A DNA stretch of 64,000 bases from a virus, in IMG/VR virus record IMGVR_UViG_3300029905_000002, positions 1 through 64,000 of that record; one strand, written 5' to 3'. This document shows, piece by piece, positions 1-9,000 of this stretch. Position numbers and translations under genes: made by a program. Within the stretch, counting starts at the first letter, position 1. Each line of letters starts with the position of its first letter. The notes under the pieces are model-generated. The model was not told the origin of the DNA and ran no database searches. It was given only the letters and a program-made list of their open reading frames with translations.

Positions 1-2
1 CT

Positions 3-347
3 AAGAAAACAGAACCCAAGGCCAAGAAGGAAGAATCCAAAAAACTGGTACCTATCAAGGGTAAAACTTCCAAGAAGGACCAGGTAGTAAAGGAAACCGA
101 ACAAAGACAACAGGCTTCACTGGTCGAAAAGGTAATAGCCCACAGGGAAGTTAAATACATTTATCCTGCCGATGTTCAGGATACCTTGGCTCGGAAGAAA
201 TGGAGACAAGCAACACGCAACAAGCTCCATGAACTCGAAAGAAAGATGAATCGCTTACGGGAAGCCGATAAAAAGGAATTCGAAGCTGCCCGTAAGGCCT
301 ACGAAGATTTCAAGGCACAAGTTCTCAAACCTGAACAGGTTGCTTAA
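3..347 (+). CDS. 3' end of lysine-rich hypothetical protein (partial, start outside window)
   Basis: Frame is open from the window edge to TAA 345-347. Hand translation reads ...VKYIYPADVQDTLARKKWRQATRNKLHELERKM... A stem-loop follows. Confidence 0.5.
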   Translation, partial: KKTEPKAKKEESKKLVPIKGKTSKKDQVVKETEQRQQASLVEKVIAHREVKYIYPADVQDTLARKKWRQATRNKLHELERKMNRLREADKKEFEAARKAYEDFKAQVLKPEQVA

Positions 348-356
348 CATTCACCA

Positions 357-418
357 GGGAGATTCCTTCAACTATATTCGGGCTGCCAGACGCCTCTGAC
401 GAGAAGAAGGAATCTCCC
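357..418 (+). terminator. Long stem-loop after the partial gene
   Basis: Arms gggagattccttc (357-369) and gaaggaatctccc (406-418) form a 13-bp perfect stem with a 36-nt loop. Confidence 0.4.
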
Positions 419-434
419 ATTTCTTTCCACTATC

Positions 435-737
435 ATGAAATATACCATCTTTGAGGATAAGATTATCCAGAAGTGGAACCGAGAACTTTTAGAGCTACAC
501 CAAAGATGCTGTAAAACCTACTTAATTCAGAAATCACTAAAAAACCGAAGGATTAAACAGTTCTTCGTCATATATCACAGATATGTCAATGAGAGAAATA
601 TCCAAGAATTCTTCGGAAGGCCAATACATATATTTGTTCAAGCTCTTATTCTCGACCAACTAGATAAAATATCCAACTACATAAAGCCAAAGAAAAATGA
701 ATCTAAGAAACGTAAACGTTCAGTACATAAAAGGTAA
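435..737 (+). CDS. hypothetical small protein
   Basis: ORF track; same-strand packed array; basic C-terminus; no motif recognised. Confidence 0.4.
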   Translation: MKYTIFEDKIIQKWNRELLELHQRCCKTYLIQKSLKNRRIKQFFVIYHRYVNERNIQEFFGRPIHIFVQALILDQLDKISNYIKPKKNESKKRKRSVHKR

Positions 738-993
738 ATACACCTACAAGAAAACTTATGCTTCACTCCAGGACACTAAGGCCAAGATCTTTTATTCTGG
801 GCCTATAGAACCAATGGAGCCAGTATTTGCCAAGATCCTAACTATCATGAGAACCTTTATGGTAAACCCAGATAGGCTTTCAAATGTCTCAAGAAAATCC
901 TTAAAACTTCTTCAAGAGATGATGAAGGATCCTACAAAGAATTTTAAGAACGAAGGTATAACTCACATAATTATCTACGAACATGTACAGTAA
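697..993 (+). CDS. hypothetical small protein
   Basis: ORF track; overlaps its neighbours in operon-like packing. The true start may be further downstream. Confidence 0.4.
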   Translation: MNLRNVNVQYIKGKYTYKKTYASLQDTKAKIFYSGPIEPMEPVFAKILTIMRTFMVNPDRLSNVSRKSLKLLQEMMKDPTKNFKNEGITHIIIYEHVQ

Positions 994-1369
994 TATCGTA
1001 AAAGACCTCTATATCGGAAAATCTAAACTCACATTCAGAGCCAATGACACAGATATCCCAGATATTATAACCGTTGGCAAATTATTCTACTTGGTAAATC
1101 CTAACACTGAACAAGGTAGGAATTTACCCGATTATGGTACCTTCGGAAACTTTTGGATACATAATAATCAAGGTACCTTTGAAATAACTTTCCTCCACCC
1201 AGAACATAAAATCTATGTAACTGGGATCCCAAAGGGAGAAGTTCTGGATAACTTCAGATTAGAAGGTACCATTTGGTCATCCTATTATGAAGATGATTAC
1301 CGAGGATATTTATTTCAGATTATACCGTCAGACATTAAACTAAAACTTATTATCGATGGAAGCAATTGA
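983..1369 (+). CDS. hypothetical protein
   Basis: ORF track; overlapping start/stop with neighbours. Confidence 0.5.
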   Translation: MYSNIVKDLYIGKSKLTFRANDTDIPDIITVGKLFYLVNPNTEQGRNLPDYGTFGNFWIHNNQGTFEITFLHPEHKIYVTGIPKGEVLDNFRLEGTIWSSYYEDDYRGYLFQIIPSDIKLKLIIDGSN

Positions 1370-1748
1370 TTACATAAAGCAATTCAGGCTCGATCAAGAG
1401 AACTATGAATTTAGAAGGGAAGAATTCCTACAGCAATTTGGAGAAGAATTTCTAGAATACTGCCAAACTACGCCTATCGGGAGGGATAGGGAAACTGGGC
1501 AACTATATTACTACCGATTCAAGGAAGTAGTAAAGAACTTCGAAATAAAATTCTGGTCCATCTCTAAGCTCAAGGTAGGAAAACCTTTAACCAAGAAATT
1601 ATGGAATGCCTTCTTTGCCTTGTATGTGGTACCATTTAGGGATAAACATTACCCTAAAATGGCATCCTTAATCAGGGAACTTAAAAAATCCTCTAATAAG
1701 GTAATTTCACCTGGTAAACAAGACAATAATGTTCGGACCGCAAATTAA
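1356..1748 (+). CDS. hypothetical protein
   Basis: ORF track; overlapping start/stop with neighbours. Confidence 0.5.
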   Translation: MEAIDYIKQFRLDQENYEFRREEFLQQFGEEFLEYCQTTPIGRDRETGQLYYYRFKEVVKNFEIKFWSISKLKVGKPLTKKLWNAFFALYVVPFRDKHYPKMASLIRELKKSSNKVISPGKQDNNVRTAN

Positions 1749-2010
1749 GGACCTACATGGCAATATATTTTCGGTACACAAATGGCGATTATATATTGCC
1801 ATCCCTGAGAAATTTGGTAAGGTAATTTTCACTAAGGATTGCCTTACCAATACTTCTTTTAACTTGGCAATTAATGGAGATACCTATATGGCATTTGATT
1901 TAATTGAGGACCAACCCATATATGTTGGGTATAAACTTAAACTTGAAGGATACGATGAATCATTAGACATACGTAAATCTCATCTATATGGAAAAAGAAA
2001 AAGACATTAA
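1729..2010 (+). CDS. hypothetical protein
   Basis: ORF track; packed array. Confidence 0.45.
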   Translation: MFGPQIKDLHGNIFSVHKWRLYIAIPEKFGKVIFTKDCLTNTSFNLAINGDTYMAFDLIEDQPIYVGYKLKLEGYDESLDIRKSHLYGKRKRH

Positions 2011-2893
2011 ACGATTCCCCAGACCCTTAGGGCTAACTGCAATGATGAAGGAATACAATGATACCAAGGATCCTTCTTTGCTGTCAAAAGCCCAGGATTA
2101 CCTGATTAACCAATGGTTGATGGGTAATGGCGTTATCTGTGGAGTTATGTATGATATAAATCTCTTATCTCAGAAGCTTGGCTTAGATATCAATTACATT
2201 CGTATGTATATGAGGGATAGGCTTCTGAATTCTAAGATCTGGGATAAGGATAGACAAGAGGAAATGGTAACTGGCTTACTTGGAGAACAACTTGCCTGGG
2301 CTATGGAAGATCGTATGGAAGTTTCTCATCAGGTACAGGTATTAAGGGAAGCTCAGGGAGGGAAATATACACCATTTATCTCTGCTGAACTAAATAAGGC
2401 ACTCAAATTAAAACTGGATTCATCTAACTCTCTGCAGACGATTGTACGCAATCTGATTGGAGGATCTACTACCAATATATTCCAACAATTTAACCAACAG
2501 AATATACAGGCAGCAGATTCACAATTCATTTCCGTAGATGAAGCCCGAGAACTTATTCAAGAACAGCAGCAAGTATTACCTAAATCCGAAGAAGCCAAAC
2601 TCCTTGAGGCCAAATATGATATACATTCCTTGCCAGAGGTAGTTGCTACTAAGCAAGAAGGAGTAGATACTACTAAAGAAGGTTTGAGCTTGAATAAGAC
2701 CGAACTTAATATGATTACTGATGATTATAAGGGAGCTATGGCATCATCTTCTAGAGAGCATCATGAAATGCGAAGGGAAATAGAACAGAATATTGACCCA
2801 GATGAACCAGATCCCGAGCTAGACATATATTACACCGAATACGAAGAAGAAGACGAAGACAACAATATATCTGAACAATTCTTAAGAAAATGA
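1988..2893 (+). CDS. hypothetical protein with strongly acidic C-terminus
   Basis: 301-aa ORF with an acidic tail (EPDPELDIYYTEYEEEDEDNN). Function not recognised. Confidence 0.55.
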   Translation: MEKEKDIKRFPRPLGLTAMMKEYNDTKDPSLLSKAQDYLINQWLMGNGVICGVMYDINLLSQKLGLDINYIRMYMRDRLLNSKIWDKDRQEEMVTGLLGEQLAWAMEDRMEVSHQVQVLREAQGGKYTPFISAELNKALKLKLDSSNSLQTIVRNLIGGSTTNIFQQFNQQNIQAADSQFISVDEARELIQEQQQVLPKSEEAKLLEAKYDIHSLPEVVATKQEGVDTTKEGLSLNKTELNMITDDYKGAMASSSREHHEMRREIEQNIDPDEPDPELDIYYTEYEEEDEDNNISEQFLRK

Positions 2894-3216
2894 AAACAGA
2901 CAAATTCTTACTTTCTACGAGTACCATATTGGGCTCAGTAGAAGAAACCTACATTAAATTCGTAGGAGATCACTGGGATGACCCAGACTTGGATGACTTG
3001 CTCAAGGAATTAATCCAAAAGAGTACCAAGCATAGAGTACACTTGAAATTAATCATGAGCACAGACAATGTAATCATAGTAGAGACATCTAAATATGTCT
3101 TGGACCAAGGATTTACAGATCACCAGATCTGGGTATTCCGCAAATGGATGAAAAACAAGTATTCTATCCATCTTACTAGATATAACATTAACTTTACTAA
3201 CTTAAAATTCACTTGA
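2890..3216 (+). CDS. hypothetical protein
   Basis: ORF track; ATGA start/stop overlap with the upstream gene. Confidence 0.5.
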   Translation: MKTDKFLLSTSTILGSVEETYIKFVGDHWDDPDLDDLLKELIQKSTKHRVHLKLIMSTDNVIIVETSKYVLDQGFTDHQIWVFRKWMKNKYSIHLTRYNINFTNLKFT

Positions 3217-3217
3217 T

Positions 3218-3553
3218 ATGATTAAATTCGTGCCTTTAAAATCAACAGATGACCAGGAAGAGAATCGCAAACTGATCACTCCATTGATTTCAAAAGTACA
3301 GGCAGTACTTCAAAAGCCAAGACTGTCCTTGAATCCTGGTATGCCACCAATAGTACAAATAACCGAAGATATTATCCAAGCTATGAGTACAGATGACTTG
3401 CCTGCTCAACCAATCCTGGTATTACCTGGATCTATTATCCAATGTTATGTACCTCATCTGAATAAGATAATTGCTCTCATCTTTGGAGGAAAGAATGCTA
3501 TCCAGATATTCGTCACCTCAGTAATAATCGAGGAACCAGCCAACCAAAATTGA
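3218..3553 (+). CDS. hypothetical protein
   Basis: ORF track. The last codons (PANQN*) lie inside copy A of the 124-nt repeat. Confidence 0.5.
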   Translation: MIKFVPLKSTDDQEENRKLITPLISKVQAVLQKPRLSLNPGMPPIVQITEDIIQAMSTDDLPAQPILVLPGSIIQCYVPHLNKIIALIFGGKNAIQIFVTSVIIEEPANQN

Positions 3554-3661
3554 TATTATTTTTAATCACGCTGTAATATATAAATAAAAATAACTATATT
3601 TGCAGCGTGATTTATACCCTATTTGTTTTATTTTAATACTGTTTTTATATGGACAAAAAAG
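3538..3661 (+). repeat. Early promoter/leader repeat, copy A
   Basis: About 124 nt, repeated at 5763-5886. The first 45 nt (agccaaccaaaattgatattatttttaatcacgctgtaatatat) are identical. Both copies end in atggacaaaaaag. Confidence 0.85.
3564..3612 (+). promoter_or_regulatory. Bacteroidota-type -7 box inside a 10-bp inverted repeat
   Basis: Arms aatcacgctg (3564-3573) and cagcgtgatt (3603-3612). TAtaTTTG at 3595-3602 matches TAnnTTTG. It lies about 45 nt upstream of the ATG at 3649. Confidence 0.6.
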
Positions 3662-4128
3662 TAAGAACCATCCAACAGCTCCAAACATTACAGGAGCTCT
3701 TCCCTATTCACATCATCTCTGCTATTGCAGACGATCATGGCTGGGTAGCTAACACAACGAATATCACATTCAAAATCGAATGCGAGGACGTTCCTAATTA
3801 CAACAACATTTCCCTTTATCTCGAATCCGAGGATCTGCTCTACGACTTGGCCGATAACATAGGCTTAATCGATCCACGTATCATGGATACACAAATTAAT
3901 CCTAATCAATTCGATTATCAATATGATCGACTGGACGGGATATTCCAAGCAATATGCGTACTCAACAAGCAATATCCGGGTGTCTTGAAACGACACAAAT
4001 CCCAAATTATCGAGAAACTCCAAATGCTTTCAGCACTTGATCCCGACGAAAACTTCATCTTTGCTCAACTGCTCAGAGAAATCCAACAAGGCAACTGGAG
4101 ATCAAATGTTTACTTCGATAAGTACTAA
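3649..4128 (+). CDS. hypothetical acidic protein, first gene of cassette A
   Basis: ORF track. N-terminus MDKK... and the block GWVANTTNITFKIE resemble the first gene of cassette B (5874..6362). Confidence 0.6.
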   Translation: MDKKVRTIQQLQTLQELFPIHIISAIADDHGWVANTTNITFKIECEDVPNYNNISLYLESEDLLYDLADNIGLIDPRIMDTQINPNQFDYQYDRLDGIFQAICVLNKQYPGVLKRHKSQIIEKLQMLSALDPDENFIFAQLLREIQQGNWRSNVYFDKY

Positions 4129-4138
4129 TCACTAACCT

Positions 4139-4158
4139 GGGAGGGCTACGGTCCTCCC
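4139..4158 (+). terminator. Intergenic stem-loop with UACG tetraloop
   Basis: gggagggc-tacg-gtcctccc, an 8-bp stem including one G-U pair. Preceded by aacct. No U-tract follows. Confidence 0.5.
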
Positions 4159-4174
4159 TTAAATATAACAACGT

Positions 4175-4615
4175 ATGAACAAAGATTTAATTATGTCCGG
4201 TAAACTGAATCACCTAGATCTTATAGATTCAGTCCCTTTCGTTCTCAACGAAATCATCAACATGTACAACCCATTCAAGGATGCCAAGAAAGATATCCAT
4301 GCTACTCACTTGGATAATAACGATGAATCTCACTTCTACTACTTGGTATTAACCTGGATATACCCACAAGGAGACCCACAGGTGCTAGAAGAAGAGATAT
4401 GCGATCAGATTGCATATCAATCATCCCAGGTCTATCGTAAACTAGAAGCTTGGTTACAAAGATTCTGCGATCACCAAAATGATTGCGAACAACCTTGGAC
4501 TCAGGTACATCACTATCATGATCATGCCATCTGGGCTAACGAAGGTGATTCCATAGAATTACACTGCGATGACAATCATATTTACATAACATTCCATTTC
4601 TCAGGACAATGGTAA
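4175..4615 (+). CDS. hypothetical acidic, His-rich protein
   Basis: ORF track; no motif recognised. Confidence 0.55.
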   Translation: MNKDLIMSGKLNHLDLIDSVPFVLNEIINMYNPFKDAKKDIHATHLDNNDESHFYYLVLTWIYPQGDPQVLEEEICDQIAYQSSQVYRKLEAWLQRFCDHQNDCEQPWTQVHHYHDHAIWANEGDSIELHCDDNHIYITFHFSGQW

Positions 4616-4635
4616 ACCTCTAAACAATAAACATT

Positions 4636-4788
4636 ATGAAACTAAAAAAGATCAAAAAGAACATTGCCAAGCTCCCACTGGAGAAACAAATTAAGTTGGC
4701 TAATTGGGTAGACAAATTCATTAAAGATGCCCAAAACAATCCGGCATTAGCTGGGAAGGTAGAACAAGAAACTACCGAATCAATCTAA
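4636..4788 (+). CDS. hypothetical 50-aa protein (absent from ORF track)
   Basis: Hand translation gives MKLKKIKKNIAKLPLEKQIKLANWVDKFIKDAQNNPALAGKVEQETTESI*. It fills an otherwise empty gap and is followed by a stem-loop. Confidence 0.4.
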   Translation: MKLKKIKKNIAKLPLEKQIKLANWVDKFIKDAQNNPALAGKVEQETTESI

Positions 4789-4799
4789 TTAATTAACCT

Positions 4800-4822
4800 G
4801 GAGCAGGGAATGTCCCTGCTCC
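4800..4822 (+). terminator. Intergenic stem-loop
   Basis: ggagcaggg-aatgt-ccctgctcc, a 9-bp stem. Preceded by aacct. Confidence 0.5.
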
Positions 4823-4838
4823 TTAAATCCCACAGAAT

Positions 4839-5399
4839 ATGGAGATACAAGAATTAAAACAATTGTTCTTAGACAGAAAAGACAGCAGATTAGTTAACAA
4901 CATGTCTACAATCGTAGCAGGTATCCGTCATTCCTACTTGGAAAATATACTGCCAATGTTCGTCGAAAAGGATCATACCTCTGAATCTGCTAGAAGAGAG
5001 ATTAACCTCATTACCGAGGTACATGCTAAATTCTTATTAAGTACCGTACTATTCTTTTATCAGATACCTGGGATTAAACTCAGCGAATACCATACACCTA
5101 TATACCTGCTTATCGACCCAGATAATAATGCTATGATCTTTGGATTGGCTATCTTCAAGGAGAGTACAGAGCCTGCATTATTATTCTCACTGGAAGAGAA
5201 TCTCCAGGGATCTTCCTGGGGAATGTCCATCACTAAGACATCTTGGGCTGAATCTAGAGAATCATTTCCCATTATCCTCTGCAAGGATACATTCCGAATA
5301 GAGGATAAGCTCTACATGTCAAATACATTATTTGGAGATCCATTAACACAACAGATAACCAATATGTTCGATGGATCTGCACTCAGCAAACTGAATTAA
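4839..5399 (+). CDS. hypothetical protein
   Basis: 186-aa ORF. Similar in size to 7431..8009, which may be a distant paralog. Confidence 0.55.
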   Translation: MEIQELKQLFLDRKDSRLVNNMSTIVAGIRHSYLENILPMFVEKDHTSESARREINLITEVHAKFLLSTVLFFYQIPGIKLSEYHTPIYLLIDPDNNAMIFGLAIFKESTEPALLFSLEENLQGSSWGMSITKTSWAESRESFPIILCKDTFRIEDKLYMSNTLFGDPLTQQITNMFDGSALSKLN

Positions 5400-5427
5400 T
5401 ACAGGTATCACATATAACATTCTACGT

Positions 5428-5757
5428 ATGAATACACCTAATCAACAACAATTATTACGAGATCTCTGCGAAGATCCAGGGTCTTTCGTAGAACTTGTAG
5501 AGGACTGGGCAAAACATAAACATCCTGATTCATTCCTAATCAAGAGATTGTTTACTAGACATAATCTATTTGACCAAGTGCATCATGCTTATATTACTGA
5601 TGAACCATTCAAGGTAGATGGGAAATTCATCAATCCTCTACAGGTAGTATTTCAACTAGAAGGTGATCCTTGCATCTATCGATTATTCGGACACATAGAC
5701 GATAATAGGGTCCATGTCGTACTAGCCAGATTACCCATAGGAGACTTGCCCAACTAA
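5428..5757 (+). CDS. hypothetical protein
   Basis: 109-aa ORF, the same length as 7105..7434. Confidence 0.5.
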   Translation: MNTPNQQQLLRDLCEDPGSFVELVEDWAKHKHPDSFLIKRLFTRHNLFDQVHHAYITDEPFKVDGKFINPLQVVFQLEGDPCIYRLFGHIDDNRVHVVLARLPIGDLPN

Positions 5758-5762
5758 GAGCT

Positions 5763-5886
5763 AGCCAACCAAAATTGATATTATTTTTAATCACGCTGTA
5801 ATATATATAAAATAAAATGGTTATATTTGCAGCGTGATTTATATCCTTATTGTTTTATTAAATGTATTTGTTTATGGACAAAAAAG
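5763..5886 (+). repeat. Early promoter/leader repeat, copy B
   Basis: Direct repeat of 3538-3661. It has the same length and the same internal inverted repeat and -7 box. Confidence 0.85.
5789..5839 (+). promoter_or_regulatory. Bacteroidota-type -7 box inside a 10-bp inverted repeat (copy B)
   Basis: Arms aatcacgctg (5789-5798) and cagcgtgatt (5830-5839). TAtaTTTG at 5822-5829. Confidence 0.6.
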
Positions 5887-6362
5887 AACTTATTTCTAAA
5901 TTAAAAGGTATTAATGCCACGAACCCCATTAATGCTATCATCCCTTCCTACTGCGGAGAATGGGTCACTACCAATTGCAACATCCATCTTTACAATGACG
6001 ATGACAACATGGATCTCTACATTTACACGGACTATGAATCATTCGTCAAGGATGCTTTCAATTCACTTCAATTGCTCGATCTCACTGCAGGTGCAGACGA
6101 TCAATTCTACGATTACAATCTCTCATGCTTTGAATCCCTCATTTATGCTGCCCACCAAATGCAACCACTCGACAGGGCATCTCTCTATCAAGAATTGCTC
6201 TCACGAATCAAGGACTTAGAAACATGGGCACAGGATCCTGACAATGACGATGACGGTATGCTCCAAACATATCAATCCGAACAACGGGATAACATCGAGG
6301 CTAACTCATTACAGGGACTCGAAGGCTATGAACTCTACAACGAAATCAAACAATCACTCTAA
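5874..6362 (+). CDS. hypothetical acidic protein, first gene of cassette B
   Basis: Track ORF 5862..6362 trimmed to the ATG at 5874 (MDKKEL...). This ATG aligns with the ATG of copy A. Confidence 0.55.
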   Translation: MDKKELISKLKGINATNPINAIIPSYCGEWVTTNCNIHLYNDDDNMDLYIYTDYESFVKDAFNSLQLLDLTAGADDQFYDYNLSCFESLIYAAHQMQPLDRASLYQELLSRIKDLETWAQDPDNDDDGMLQTYQSEQRDNIEANSLQGLEGYELYNEIKQSL

Positions 6363-6373
6363 TCAACAAACCT

Positions 6374-6396
6374 GGGAGGGACCCCAAATCCCTCCC
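6374..6396 (+). terminator. Intergenic stem-loop
   Basis: gggaggg-accccaaat-ccctccc. Preceded by aacct. Confidence 0.45.
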
Positions 6397-6411
6397 TCAA
6401 CATCAATAGCT

Positions 6412-6687
6412 ATGAACGACCAAGAAATCAAACAGAATCGACAAGAGGTATTCGACTTCCTCAATAATCATACTGGCATTGCTAGCCGGTTAAAAACTAT
6501 CTTTGCATTCCACTACGATCAAATACAAAGGGAGGTACTACAGGAGCTATCTACTCTCGATAACAGATCCAAGAATCTACTATTTGACTTCATCGTAGGA
6601 TACATGGAAGAGGACATGACCTGGCCAGAACCTGATAACCAAGAATCCTTTAACAAGGAAATATCTGCCATAACCAATAATTACTAA
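6412..6687 (+). CDS. hypothetical protein
   Basis: Track ORF 6244..6687 trimmed to the internal ATG (MNDQEIK...). This start lies after the stem-loop and after the stop of the upstream gene. Confidence 0.5.
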   Translation: MNDQEIKQNRQEVFDFLNNHTGIASRLKTIFAFHYDQIQREVLQELSTLDNRSKNLLFDFIVGYMEEDMTWPEPDNQESFNKEISAITNNY

Positions 6688-6692
6688 CCAAC

Positions 6693-6712
6693 GAGAGGGC
6701 TTCGGCCCTCTC
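6693..6712 (+). terminator. Intergenic stem-loop with UUCG tetraloop
   Basis: gagagggc-ttcg-gccctctc, an 8-bp stem with a C(UUCG)G loop. Confidence 0.55.
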
Positions 6713-6727
6713 ATAAAATCAACAACT

Positions 6728-7099
6728 ATGACTGATATATATCAACCACAAAACGAAAGAGAACGAGAAACACTTAGACTCAATCAGGCTATTATTAACT
6801 CAGAATACTGCCAACGGATAATCAATCAAAAGTCAAGGTTCCTTCCTTTACTCAAGGAGATACAAATATACAATGTACAGCTATTAAATATCTCAGATGC
6901 CTATATCGATCTGGAAACCTGGATATTTCGATCCGATTACGATTGGTATACTACTTATGAATTGCTTAACAAGTTCTTCTTCTATTGGACACAAAACGAA
7001 GATCAAATAAGGACCACTGCTGGAGATGCTGCTCTCAATATAGAGAGGCTTACCACTAGCGATGAATACGATTATTACCGAGTAACAGTTAAATACTAA
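6728..7099 (+). CDS. hypothetical protein
   Basis: ORF track; no motif recognised. Confidence 0.5.
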   Translation: MTDIYQPQNERERETLRLNQAIINSEYCQRIINQKSRFLPLLKEIQIYNVQLLNISDAYIDLETWIFRSDYDWYTTYELLNKFFFYWTQNEDQIRTTAGDAALNIERLTTSDEYDYYRVTVKY

Positions 7100-7104
7100 C
7101 AACA

Positions 7105-7434
7105 ATGAAACCAAGACAACTACAAAAATTAATCCACGATCTGGGATTTACAACAGTCACTGCTAGAGTCCCCAGTAGCGGATACTATGCAATTATCACG
7201 GACCTAGCAGAGAAACAGACATGCTCTAGTAAACAAGCAATCGATACAATTAAGAAACTATCATTTGCAATTACTGCTCTTCTAGATCCTGGGATATTTA
7301 CCCATATCGATGAACAATGGTTTGGAGATCTCTATATCTATCAAATCCACGACAAGAACAGAGGTATCATTCTCTATTCATTCTTACTTAACACTCAAAC
7401 TCAAGTATTAACCATTAATAATTACAACGTATGA
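7105..7434 (+). CDS. hypothetical protein
   Basis: ORF track; 109 aa. Confidence 0.5.
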   Translation: MKPRQLQKLIHDLGFTTVTARVPSSGYYAIITDLAEKQTCSSKQAIDTIKKLSFAITALLDPGIFTHIDEQWFGDLYIYQIHDKNRGIILYSFLLNTQTQVLTINNYNV

Positions 7435-8009
7435 ACAACAGAACAGAATTCGTCCTCAATCAACTAGAACAATGGGACAAAGAACAAAAAACCCTCATCA
7501 CTCAACTGATGGTAAACGTATCAGAAAAGATGATAGCCGATATCATCACAACTGCAGAAGCTCAATATCCCAAGCTGGGATTATTTCTCCATCCCGAACA
7601 AGAACTATATTATAAGATACCTAACCCAGAGCTCTATATAGAAATGTACCGAAGAATATTGGGATTGGATTTCGGACCAGACGCTCAGCTCTACCTATCC
7701 AATGTAGATCTCGACGAAGAAGATATCCCAAAACCTCTGGTACCAATCTATATAGGCATCACAATCTTCTGGCCAGACGAATCCGAAGGCCTATCTATAG
7801 GCGTAGGAATAATGCCCGAGAGAGATTCTATCAAAATGAATCTCTGCCATACAATCAAGGCACCAGAAATGATGGAAAATACCTTCTTCACTCCATACAT
7901 TGCAAGGATGATCAGAGATCTCAATCACTACTTCGAATCCAAAGTCGAATCTCAGAATATCATGATGAAGCTAGCCTTAGCAATCTACCGATCTGAATCT
8001 GAGAACTAA
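7431..8009 (+). CDS. hypothetical protein
   Basis: ORF track; ATGA overlap with the upstream gene. Confidence 0.55.
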   Translation: MNNRTEFVLNQLEQWDKEQKTLITQLMVNVSEKMIADIITTAEAQYPKLGLFLHPEQELYYKIPNPELYIEMYRRILGLDFGPDAQLYLSNVDLDEEDIPKPLVPIYIGITIFWPDESEGLSIGVGIMPERDSIKMNLCHTIKAPEMMENTFFTPYIARMIRDLNHYFESKVESQNIMMKLALAIYRSESEN

Positions 8010-8030
8010 GGATCCGATACACATCCAACA

Positions 8031-8058
8031 ATGGGGCTATCCGAAAGGATCTAGCCCC
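8031..8058 (+). terminator. Stem-loop with inner GAAA tetraloop
   Basis: tggggcta / tagcccca outer stem and tcc-gaaa-gga inner stem. Followed by tttctg. Confidence 0.5.
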
Positions 8059-8136
8059 ATTTCTGTGAGAACAGATCCGCAAATCCCAGATCCCACTGAA
8101 GCCTACCGAACCCAGGCCACCGCTACCGAGCCCGCG

Positions 8137-8246
8137 CTAAACAAACAAAAATCACTACCCAATAATAATAACTATAATCCTAATAACCTATATACAATAA
8201 CTAATAATATAATCTTCTTACCCTCCTTTCCTTCCTTCCCTTATTT
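8137..8246 (+). repeat. 110-nt G-free tract
   Basis: Hand count finds no G on the plus strand from 8137 to 8246. Confidence 0.8.
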
Positions 8247-8339
8247 GGGGTACCAATTATATACTATTCAAACTTGAGTACTTATATCATTCCACATATC
8301 AATCTACTATCAATCCAGCTACTCTAACAATCTGGGGGT

Positions 8340-8870
8340 TGGCAAAACTAGGATCCTCAAGGCTCAAGGAAGGATCCAGGCAAGTACTATGCCAACACAT
8401 ACCCCATAAGGCCTCTAAATGGGGATCCTCAAGGTACCAAGACAATAAAGCCAATTAGCTCTACTACTATACTATCTACTATACAGGTAGCTATCTAGCT
8501 CTTATGCGCAAGGTGTATTAAGGGGCTCCAATAATTACCCATTGCCAAGATCCCCTAACCAACCCTTTATTATAGTTATTAGTATTATAGGGTGCATAGT
8601 TGGTAGGATTTGTGATTCAAGGCAATCGGATCGTTGATAATCAGGGAGTTATGTACCTAGATTGCCTAGATCCTAAGTTTATACTATATAGTTATTATAT
8701 AGGGTGGGTTGTTAGGATTTAGGCAATAGGATTTAAGGATTTATGGCCTCAAGGTAGTGGGGATTTATTAAAATCCTAAGCCTTTTTGTGTACCAAATGG
8801 CCCCTTAGGATGGCAAATTTAGGGGCTAGGATTTGTACCTTGGGGCCTCCAGGATTACCTTTTCAAGGTA
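8340..8870. repeat. Iteron-like motif cluster in an ORF-free region
   Basis: AGGATTT-type motifs occur at about 8605, 8714, 8728, 8736, 8759, 8828 and 8851, with an inverted copy at about 8771. CTCAAGG occurs at least 4 times and GGATCC 3 times. Confidence 0.55.
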
Positions 8871-9000
8871 CCGTTTCTTAGTACTAGGTACATTTACAAG
8901 CTAACTAAATACTTATACCAATAAAAAGAATGCTCTAGAAGCTTACCTATTCTGTAACTGATTGACTACCAATTACTTATCAACTTACGAACCCTATATT

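Noticed and set aside
5914-6411. Alternative-frame ORFs 5914..6219 and the 5' part of 6244..6687, overlapping gene 5874..6362.
   Set aside because: They are out-of-frame overlaps with Ser/Thr/Asn-rich low-complexity translations. The downstream gene has a clean ATG at 6412, after the stem-loop.
8065-8277. 70-aa ORF (GTG start) in the ORF-free block.
   Set aside because: The translation is low complexity (NNNNYNPNNLYTITNN, SFPSFP). It simply reflects the G-free tract, and there is no ATG or promoter context.
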